Positions 56,462 through 64,000 of a stretch of DNA of 64,000 bases are shown here, one piece after another. This DNA comes from Phycisphaerae bacterium (GTDB taxonomy: Bacteria > Planctomycetota > Phycisphaerae > Sedimentisphaerales > UBA12454). The stretch covers positions 5,121 through 69,120 of the forward strand of contig JBAZTW010000004.1 of assembly GCA_041661665.1 (NCBI GenBank), read 5' to 3'. Each line of letters begins with the position of its first letter. Position 1 is the first letter of the stretch. The notes beneath the pieces were generated by a model that was given only the letters and a program-made list of their open reading frames with translations, was not told the origin of the DNA and ran no database searches. The position numbers and the translations under genes are program-made.

Positions 56462-56514
56462 GTTAACCTATATAAACAAGTTAACTTGTGTTAACAAGTT
56501 TGATATTGGTTAAC
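56462..56514. promoter_or_regulatory. Candidate autoregulatory operator array of the HTH-Doc pair
   Basis: Four GTTAAC sites (56462, 56480, 56490, 56509), including the perfect palindrome acaagttaacttgt. Confidence 0.55.
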
Positions 56515-56541
56515 ACGTAACATCTTTTATTGGAACAAGTT

Positions 56542-56793
56542 ATGAAAAAACACTTAACAATACCTGAATTTGCCGACCTTTTGGGTATCAGTAGAATAGC
56601 CGTTTATAAAAAGGTAAAAGCCGGTAAAATCCCCGCTGAAAAAATCGGCAGAAATTACTGTATAACCGATAAAACAGTCCAACAGATACTGGGCAATACC
56701 CTTTCAGAAAGCAAAAAGAAACAAATCGACCTCGCTGTCAAAAAAGTCGTAAAACAGTATGGCGCACTGCTTAAAAAACTGGGGAGTGAGTAA
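56542..56793 (+). CDS. Excisionase-like HTH (HTH_17) protein, putative antitoxin
   Basis: 'LTIPEFADLLGISRIAVYKKVK.GKIPAEKIG'; stop overlaps the next start. Confidence 0.8.
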   Translation: MKKHLTIPEFADLLGISRIAVYKKVKAGKIPAEKIGRNYCITDKTVQQILGNTLSESKKKQIDLAVKKVVKQYGALLKKLGSE

Positions 56794-57239
56794 TGACACC
56801 GCTTACTGTTAAGGAAGTGGAATATATGGCCTTTCGTCTGGCACAGGAATTTTTAAGGTTTGACGAACCTATTCCTGATTTTACCACAAGATTCCCAAAT
56901 ATACTTGAAAGCAGTCTATTTACACCATTTCAGAAATTTAGCAGAAAATACCTATACAAAACACTTGTCGCAAAGGCGGCAATGCTATTCTATTTAATGA
57001 TAAAAAATCATCCCTTTCAGAATGGAAATAAAAGAATTGCTATTACTACTCTTTTAATTTTTCTCATCAAGACAGATCGGTGGATTGATGTGAACATTCA
57101 GGAATTTTATAATTTTACGGTATGGGTCGCACAAAGTCCGGCCAAAGAAAAACAATATGTTCTTTATGCCATAGAGGGTTTTTTCGATAAGCATCTCACA
57201 TATGTTAACATCGCCAAACATATTAAAAAATTCAGATAG
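56793..57239 (+). CDS. Fic/Doc family toxin
   Basis: HPFQNGNKR Doc-type motif. Confidence 0.88.
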   Translation: MTPLTVKEVEYMAFRLAQEFLRFDEPIPDFTTRFPNILESSLFTPFQKFSRKYLYKTLVAKAAMLFYLMIKNHPFQNGNKRIAITTLLIFLIKTDRWIDVNIQEFYNFTVWVAQSPAKEKQYVLYAIEGFFDKHLTYVNIAKHIKKFR

Positions 57240-57530
57240 TTCCTTTTTGGAATATACTGTTGCGATTTCTTAAATCTTCATTTTACTTTGTGCCCGAAGA
57301 TGCGACAAACTGGCAATAGATGTGGGCTGTCTCCAGTGGATGGCTGTAAGCATTTTCCCCTACAAAGAAAACATATATATCCCCGATTTACGCAAGTTGA
57401 AATTGTGTTATCATAAACGCCGGTTCTTGATGCAATCTGTCTTCAGATAAGAATATAAAGAAAGCGGGTTTTGCAAATCCAGAAAATCGAAACAAAAAAA
57501 CAATTAGACACTTTTTAAGGAGTATTTGAA

Positions 57531-57686
57531 ATGTTACGAAAAATTCTGACAATCATTGTTATCATTGGTATTGCAGTAACTTTCGGCTGCAAAAAGACAA
57601 CTACTGAGACCACCAAGAAAACAGTAACTACGACTAAGGAAGTCGAAAAGGCGGTCCCACAAGACGGAACTCAAACACCCAAATAA
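57531..57686 (+). CDS. Small (51 aa) Thr/Lys-rich lipoprotein, below the ORF-track cutoff
   Basis: RBS aaggag; MLRKILTIIVIIGIAVTFG-C lipobox; followed by a hairpin. Confidence 0.7.
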   Translation: MLRKILTIIVIIGIAVTFGCKKTTTETTKKTVTTTKEVEKAVPQDGTQTPK

Positions 57687-57710
57687 AAATACCATTGAAC
57701 TTCACAAAAA

Positions 57711-57737
57711 AGCTCCTCTGCCCCAGGCAGAGGAGCT
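57711..57737. terminator. Terminator hairpin between convergent genes
   Basis: agctcctctgcc-cca-ggcagaggagct, A-tract on left. Confidence 0.7.
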
Positions 57738-57864
57738 AACTTAAAACCTTCTCGATTTGCCGGTATGAAAAATAGAAAACCAATACTCAGCCTTAATTTT
57801 CTTGGTTTCCTGTTTCCAATCTGGCTTCAACCTCCTGCAAACCGAGTTAACCGCTTAATGGCCA

Positions 57865-58623
57865 TTAAGTACAACATGCTTGCGCATCAAAGGCGCAATA
57901 TCCCATCTCTTCACCGAGCTGTTTTATACGTCGCCATACTTTTTCATCCTGAACGACATCCAGCGCAATCGGATACAAAATATTATCCTCCTGGAAAATA
58001 TGCTCTCTTACAATCGGGACAATTGCGCAGGACAGAGCGTTAACCTGAATCTTGAATTGCTCCGGCTCAAAATGTTTAAAATTATTTACCGCCATAGTCA
58101 GATTGCTGACCATATTTTTTATTCGCCAGTGTGCCTTTTGCAGAACAACGCAAATGCTCCTGCACGGATATTGCTCCAGAGCCGGAAAAATAAGGTCGTC
58201 TTCACGCTGGTCGTGAACGTCTATCGACTGCAAATGCGCTGCGACGTGTTCAAGCCTGCGAAACTCGCTGCTTAGTTCAGTTAGATTCTCGGCATCCTGA
58301 ATTTCCACATTGGCCTCGGCGAGGTCTGCCAAAAAACAATCGAACATTTCGTGTTCCGCCAGAATAAGCCTGACAGGATGATTGGCCGGCAAATTTGCCC
58401 GAAGCAACGCAAACTGGTCGCCAAGAATAGAAGCGAATGCGTAAACGAGCATTCGAAGCTCGTTCAGCGACATACCCGTCCCAAGCATATATTTTTGAGC
58501 CTTGCTTATGTCGCTTAATCTAAGAGTTGCCAAAAGCTGACGTGATTGACTTCTCACTTTTGCCGGGTCCTCACCATCCCGAACGCGCCCAAGTATATCC
58601 GCAAGTTTTCGCGCCTTTTCCAT
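57865..58623 (-). CDS. DUF438/hemerythrin-domain protein
   Basis: 'HPV..I.AEH', 'H..RED.LIFP.LE', 'HIFQEDNILYP.AL'. Confidence 0.75.
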   Translation of the reverse strand: MEKARKLADILGRVRDGEDPAKVRSQSRQLLATLRLSDISKAQKYMLGTGMSLNELRMLVYAFASILGDQFALLRANLPANHPVRLILAEHEMFDCFLADLAEANVEIQDAENLTELSSEFRRLEHVAAHLQSIDVHDQREDDLIFPALEQYPCRSICVVLQKAHWRIKNMVSNLTMAVNNFKHFEPEQFKIQVNALSCAIVPIVREHIFQEDNILYPIALDVVQDEKVWRRIKQLGEEMGYCAFDAQACCT

Positions 58624-58886
58624 AGTCTGCCTCCTTTTCTACAAAGCCCAGGCTGAAACGAATCAGCCTGCTGTGCATCACTGAACACGCACTTACAGCT
58701 TTCTATGCTATATACGAACAAGCCGGAGAATGTTTCGCAAAAAAATTAAAAAAGCGCATATTTTTTTAAAACTGTGCTAACGAATGTTAAGACAGGCAAA
58801 ACAGGCCAATTATGATGAATTTGTCCATTGGAAATGGTCGATATTCTCATCAACAAACATTAACATCCACAGATTGATAACTATTT

Positions 58887-59663
58887 TCACATCGTATAGT
58901 TATGGATATCGGCAAAAATTCTCGGCAGATTCACCCACAGCACCGTTATAACAATAAAGACAAATCCTGCAAAAATCCATATACTATTGATTTTCGCGTA
59001 TTTCACGCCGGTAATATAGCTTTGATGAAAATACGCGATATATATAAGCCACGCCGCAAGTGCCCACATCTCTTTGGGGTCCCAACTCCAATAATCTCCC
59101 CAGGCCTGCTTCGCCCACACACTCCAAAGCACAAGTCCAAGCGTAAGAAGCGGAAAACCAAGACAAACTAATTTATAAGCGGAAAGTTCGCAATCGTTAT
59201 TCGACTTTTTAACCAGCCCCGCTCCCGCCTGACAGACGGCTTTTGCCATTATGATATACGCCAGGATAGAAATAGCAAGGTACGGCACAACCAGCGGACT
59301 TTGCAGAGATGGCAAAAGTTTTTGTATCGTCCCGCTGAATATAGACACCGCGGCACAAAGTACAATTGCGCCGATAAGCATATCAAAATGCTCGCCGTCG
59401 ATTTTCAGAACTTTTTTGCATATAACGCTTAGAGGAAAAACCGATATACCCAAAAACAAAAATACTTCAAACAGGTTTTGAAGCGGAAAACGCCCGACTA
59501 TAAATCCGCGATAAACCCCCGATATCAGCGAAACCACAAAACCGAGACTATAAACAAACCACGCCGCTTTTCTGTGCCGCAGTTTGTAAATCGTAAATGC
59601 CAGTATATATATCATCATCGTCTGATATATAAGCAAATACTGAATTGTAAAATTCATATTCAT
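58887..59663 (-). CDS. ccsA: Cytochrome c biogenesis protein CcsA/ResC
   Basis: WWD motif WGDYWSWDPKE; 'AYFH', 'IHNY'. Confidence 0.85.
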   Translation of the reverse strand: MNMNFTIQYLLIYQTMMIYILAFTIYKLRHRKAAWFVYSLGFVVSLISGVYRGFIVGRFPLQNLFEVFLFLGISVFPLSVICKKVLKIDGEHFDMLIGAIVLCAAVSIFSGTIQKLLPSLQSPLVVPYLAISILAYIIMAKAVCQAGAGLVKKSNNDCELSAYKLVCLGFPLLTLGLVLWSVWAKQAWGDYWSWDPKEMWALAAWLIYIAYFHQSYITGVKYAKINSIWIFAGFVFIVITVLWVNLPRIFADIHNYTM

Positions 59664-59669
59664 AACTTT

Positions 59670-60389
59670 CTAATATCTTTTTTTAGCCAAACGCTCAAAC
59701 CAAAAGTGCCAAAAGGTTCCAAAACAAACAAACGCAAAACCGGCGTAGACAATTATAACGCCGGTATCAGAAATAATTTCGAGAATGATATATCTGCCGA
59801 GATTCTCGTCTAAGCTGAACTGATAAAAATGATAACCAGCATAATGCAAAGGCTTATTAATCTCGATGGAAGCCGTTTTGACAACATTTGCGCCTTCTAT
59901 TATTTCAACATCGCTGAAATAACCCTTAACCAAATTCGGCTCTTCCGGATTTTGCTTCGGATAATACTCAACTCTAAAATTATTCAGCTTAACGCTAAAC
60001 GGCAGCGTTTTGGGAACGCCATAGGGTTCGGTTCTTATAAGATTGGTGCTCTGACCCTCAAATAAAATTATTTTCCCTCTATTAATTTTACCGATTCCGA
60101 ACCTGTCAGTAATTGCGCTGTAATTCTCGGTCTCAGACATCGAGCCGAGGATTACCAGCGCAAACCCGAAATGCATCGCGAACATTGCCGGATTTGTGAA
60201 AATATTTCGGAATGAAAAAATCCCCGCCAGTAAAAGCGATATGAATCCCGTCCAGAACACGGCAAAAGGAACACTGCTAAACGCTCTTTCCGTAGGTTCT
60301 GCGCCGAGAAATGCGCCGATAACACAAAGTATTATCAGAGCTATAATCAGCGTAAAACTTATGGTCAGAATAATATTTTTATTCAGCAC
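59670..60389 (-). CDS. Cytochrome c biogenesis protein ResB/CcsB-like (short)
   Basis: 'AMHFG...VILG', 'INKPLHYAGYHFYQ', 'D.GV.IVY.GF'; adjacent to ccsA. Confidence 0.75.
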   Translation of the reverse strand: MLNKNIILTISFTLIIALIILCVIGAFLGAEPTERAFSSVPFAVFWTGFISLLLAGIFSFRNIFTNPAMFAMHFGFALVILGSMSETENYSAITDRFGIGKINRGKIILFEGQSTNLIRTEPYGVPKTLPFSVKLNNFRVEYYPKQNPEEPNLVKGYFSDVEIIEGANVVKTASIEINKPLHYAGYHFYQFSLDENLGRYIILEIISDTGVIIVYAGFAFVCFGTFWHFWFERLAKKRY

Positions 60390-60760
60390 CGCAAATCCTT
60401 GAGAACGAGTGCATTATACTTCATTCCCATATTTTGCACAGCTTTTTTATTTAGCTGTCAACTGCGCTGGCGGCTCTATATTTTCGACTGCTGGAATTTA
60501 TTTGAATGCTGTTTGATGTTTTGGTTGGTTTTAGGCTTAATCGGTGATTAAATATCATAAACCCTATCAATAACGTATGATATATTTCGCACATTATTAT
60601 CGGGCGTTTTTCTTTACTCCGCAAAAACTAAAGAAAAAGCCTGCGATCTGGTCAATGGAATAGCGCAGGCAAAAAACATCTAAACAGAGAAATAACCGGC
60701 ATTCCCCATATAGCATATATAGTCCTGCTCAACTACGCCGCAATGAACACTGCTTCTTAC

Positions 60761-61747
60761 TTATCCCTTGAATAATCCTTCCAGCAGCGGACGACGCATA
60801 ATAGCTTGTCCCCTAAAGAACCAATCAGTTGTCATATCGGCGCTGCCTTTGGGTGGAATAAGACCTTTGGCATACTTCGGATTCACAGGAGGTTTGGCGA
60901 TTACCAAATCAAGAGGCACGGCGGAATTTTCGTTCACAACCGCAAGTTCGACATTGCCGGGATGTATATTGCTCCAGGCGTGCGCACAAGGACCAAAATG
61001 AGTAGTGGCAACATATAGTTTTTCGCCTCTATGCAATACTACAGGCACAAGACCATCAACCTCGCCATCCAAGCCCTTTGGTATCACAAACTCACCGGCC
61101 ATCTTTCTACCTCGTGCACAAGCCTCTTTTAAATACGGGCGACTCTTGTTAACAGGATGCTCAAAGGCTTTGGGGTCTATAAAAATACATACGTTGCTCC
61201 TGGCTTGATCGCTTAGCATTGTAAAATCTTCGAACTTGGCGGGAATCATATCAATGTACCCTTTTTCCTGCCAAAGACTTTGAAAACTGCGGGAAGGATC
61301 TTCGACCATCACGTATGTCCAATCCCCGCCCCATGTAGGATGGGGCGGCTCAAAGCCCGACAGAATCTTCTTGGCATCGATAGTTCCTGATGGAACGGCG
61401 GTGCCGCCGGCATAGACCTGCGGATTAAACGCAAATACATTATTATGGCCGTGCCTAACCAGAAACGGCGTTACAAGCCCTTTATTACAGACCGCGTCGT
61501 TGATGCCGACATAGACAGCGAGAACCGTCTCAGGTATCTCTGGTATCAGGTGCGCAAGTTCAAGCACATTGATATCATCGTCTGGTGTAAGATAATGGGG
61601 AGCTTGCGACATCAGGCCAAAAGCTTTGGCGAGAAACTCTTGGTATTCTTTGGCGTTCAATGAACACCGGTCAAAAACATTTATCTTCCGCTTTAATATA
61701 TTCCTATTCATATTTATCTCCATTAATATTTCTTTTTTCTTCACCAC
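60761..61747 (-). CDS. Hypothetical protein
   Basis: Long open frame overlapping the UroD-family stop; no motif recognised. Confidence 0.6.
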   Translation of the reverse strand: MVKKKEILMEINMNRNILKRKINVFDRCSLNAKEYQEFLAKAFGLMSQAPHYLTPDDDINVLELAHLIPEIPETVLAVYVGINDAVCNKGLVTPFLVRHGHNNVFAFNPQVYAGGTAVPSGTIDAKKILSGFEPPHPTWGGDWTYVMVEDPSRSFQSLWQEKGYIDMIPAKFEDFTMLSDQARSNVCIFIDPKAFEHPVNKSRPYLKEACARGRKMAGEFVIPKGLDGEVDGLVPVVLHRGEKLYVATTHFGPCAHAWSNIHPGNVELAVVNENSAVPLDLVIAKPPVNPKYAKGLIPPKGSADMTTDWFFRGQAIMRRPLLEGLFKG

Positions 61748-62798
61748 GGATTTTTTGTACAGCTTTCACCATCGAAAGATACCCTTCAACAGGAATGTAA
61801 TCAGGAATGGAATTGCCCGAGCCAAGGGCATAGCCCTGAGCCAATGTCCTGTAGTGCCTGCCTCTTTCCAAAACGATTTCATATATTTCATCGGGCGAAT
61901 TTCGGCACAGGATGTCAACGTCAATGCCGCCGAAAAAACCTATGTGGCCTCCATAGCGGCTGATCCACGTTTCAAACGGCGCCACAGCATCCTCATTCGA
62001 GTGCTTTGCATCGATACCCAGGGCAATGACCTCATCCATGACATCGAAAATATTACCGCAGGAATGCCACAGAAACGGCAGACCGGCATCATGCACTAAT
62101 TTAATGATGCGGCCATACTGAGAGGCAATGTGCTTGCGGAAAACCGTCGGACTGGTTAGAAGCCCGGTCTTAAAGCCCAGGTCGTCACCAAAACGGCAGA
62201 CACAAAAATATTGACCGTATTTTTTAAGAAAACGATTCCAAATGTTATACATCAAATCGCCAATCCTTGCGTATATTTCCTCAAACAGTGCCGGCTCATC
62301 TGCCTGCATAAATGGCAGATACTCAAATCCTACCAAATCTTCACTGATCTCAAAGACCCCGTTGCCTACGCCGCCAACCGCTTTCATACCTGCTGGAAGT
62401 TTTTTTACAAGCGCAGCGAATTGCCTCTCAGCGGTATCCCAAAATCGCCGAGGTATATCATCCCATGGAAAAGCGTCAAAATCTTTCCTGCTTTGGATAG
62501 GCCCAGGCCTGCCGCCCATAATCGCTCCCCAATTCGGAAGAGAGGGTATGATACACACTTCAAATGAAACTGTATCGTAAGTCATCTCCTTAAAGAAACG
62601 ACAGTAATTTTCAAAAAAATAATCTACGTCAATTTTGTCGCCTTCCAGTGAATCGGCAAATGTCAGCCCTAATATCTTTTCCATAATCTTCGGGCTTATG
62701 ATATGCTCATATAATGGCAAGCGGGCAGGCTTTTTATTTTGCGCAGCCGCGACAAGATGCCGGTAATCAGGCCTAAACTCCATAACCTTATTTTCCAT
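61704..62798 (-). CDS. Uroporphyrinogen decarboxylase/MtaA-CmuA family protein
   Basis: 'GDDLGFKTGLL.SP', 'HSCGN', 'GGIDVD.L', 'GYALGSGNSIP'. Confidence 0.85.
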   Translation of the reverse strand: MENKVMEFRPDYRHLVAAAQNKKPARLPLYEHIISPKIMEKILGLTFADSLEGDKIDVDYFFENYCRFFKEMTYDTVSFEVCIIPSLPNWGAIMGGRPGPIQSRKDFDAFPWDDIPRRFWDTAERQFAALVKKLPAGMKAVGGVGNGVFEISEDLVGFEYLPFMQADEPALFEEIYARIGDLMYNIWNRFLKKYGQYFCVCRFGDDLGFKTGLLTSPTVFRKHIASQYGRIIKLVHDAGLPFLWHSCGNIFDVMDEVIALGIDAKHSNEDAVAPFETWISRYGGHIGFFGGIDVDILCRNSPDEIYEIVLERGRHYRTLAQGYALGSGNSIPDYIPVEGYLSMVKAVQKIRGEEKRNINGDKYE

Positions 62799-62844
62799 TA
62801 CTTCGTACCACTGTTAATTGCGATGTTTTTCAAGAACAGCAACC

Positions 62845-63999
62845 TTATCTCGCTTGTTTTGAAATTAGGTCGCTCGGACCAGCCCACAGGGCATAGTCTT
62901 TTGCGTACTTCCATCCGCCGGACTCAATATGCGCATCTATCATCGGCATATTTTCCTTAATCATTCGCGTTGTTTCATCCCACGTTTTTATTCCGCTTAC
63001 AGCATCAAGCACACGAACATTCTGAAGGCCGACGCAGGTGGCGTATTTTAATGCATCTTCAATGGAAAGACCACGCAAAAAAGCGCTCAAAAAGCCAGCT
63101 ATCGACGAATCGCCGGAGCCTGTTGCGCTGCCGAAGTTGTCCACTACAAATGCCGGCGCCCAAAGTTCACGATTTGACCAGTTGTCAAAATCTTTCGGTT
63201 TTGCCTCGCCCATCTTCGCAAAGCCCTCTTTGGAGCCGGTCTTAACATAAAAGCCGCGATGGCCGGACTTGAGAGCCGTCATTTTAGCGCCCATTGCGAG
63301 AATCTCGTCAGCAGTCTTTGAATATTCCTGCGGCGTGATGTAATTGATAAGTTCCGCGTTGTTATGCTTGGCCTTTCTCGCGAGAAACTCTTCCGGCCAG
63401 AGCATATAGAATGTTTCCTCTATCGAGGGAAGGTGTATGTCGATATACGGCAGAATCCGCTGCAATATCTTTCGCCATGGCGCCTTGCCGGATGGTGAGG
63501 ATGGGTCGGGCAGCGTCATATCGCAGGAAGTTGTAGCGCCGGAGTCTTTAGCTGTTTTAAAGATTTTTTCAAGCTCTCTGCCTTCATCCGCGAACATCCT
63601 GCCCATCAGCGGAGGATAGCCAAAATGAAAATGACGGCACTGCTGTATAAGTTTGGGATTAAGATTTTCAGAACCGAAATAATTGTTGGTGCCGGGATTA
63701 TGCAAAAAAATACGGTCGATATTCGGAGGCGCGACAACTATCGTATAAGAACTCGATTGGCCGGACATCACTCCAATACCTTCGGCGTTGCCGCTTGCCT
63801 TGAGTATATCGACAGTAAGCTTGCCCAAAGTATCGTCGCCGGCACACGCGCAGAAACACACTTTGCTGCCCAGTGTCTTCATATTGAGGCCGGTATTGGA
63901 AACCGGTCCGCCTGTGCTGATTTTCGCATCGCCGACATTAACCAATTTGCCGGGACGCATTATATCGGAGATATTTCTCAATCCCGTATCTGGAAAACG
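62845..63999 (-). CDS. PfkB/ribokinase-family carbohydrate kinase; 5'-truncated by window edge
   Basis: 'GG.VSNTG', 'SATGSGDSSIAGF'; frame open to window end. Confidence 0.88.
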   Translation of the reverse strand, partial: RFPDTGLRNISDIMRPGKLVNVGDAKISTGGPVSNTGLNMKTLGSKVCFCACAGDDTLGKLTVDILKASGNAEGIGVMSGQSSSYTIVVAPPNIDRIFLHNPGTNNYFGSENLNPKLIQQCRHFHFGYPPLMGRMFADEGRELEKIFKTAKDSGATTSCDMTLPDPSSPSGKAPWRKILQRILPYIDIHLPSIEETFYMLWPEEFLARKAKHNNAELINYITPQEYSKTADEILAMGAKMTALKSGHRGFYVKTGSKEGFAKMGEAKPKDFDNWSNRELWAPAFVVDNFGSATGSGDSSIAGFLSAFLRGLSIEDALKYATCVGLQNVRVLDAVSGIKTWDETTRMIKENMPMIDAHIESGGWKYAKDYALWAGPSDLISKQAR

Positions 64000-64000
64000 A

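Noticed and set aside
57240-57530. Possible gene remnant downstream of doc
   Set aside because: Only short open frames with no recognisable motif

Overview
Bacterial chromosomal window. Inferred source is Planctomycetota (Phycisphaerae/Sedimentisphaerales-like), from dockerin-like '..DF..F..QWL' C-termini, PEP-CTERM tails and a planctomycete-type FlgM-like protein. Mostly housekeeping and metabolic genes: an M16 peptidase pair, a sugar/amino-sugar catabolic operon with an XRE-cupin regulator, tRNA-Asp, an LPS heptose/lipid A cluster (lpxK-hldE-gmhA-gmhB-waaF) with plsY, icd-like, ribH-nusB-parA-pabB, pabC-like, scpB, menA, lpoB cluster, PMM, rlmN and ccsBA. Standout: an intact four-gene HK97-type head module (portal, scaffold, DUF5309/SU10-like major capsid, head-tail adaptor; 40452-44616) plus a small membrane protein. 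It has no terminase, integrase, tail or replication gene nearby, and its intergenic gaps hold host REP-like repeats, suggesting a domesticated capsid/GTA-like system or an old prophage remnant. Second theme: several interleaved families of short palindromic repeats that nest inside one another (empty and filled sites both visible), supply stop codons, and sit in frame inside pabB. A small GIY-YIG nuclease is bracketed by its own ATCCCGTTAGAC repeats. No CRISPR array or rRNA seen. Family assignments come from motif recognition only; no database search was run.
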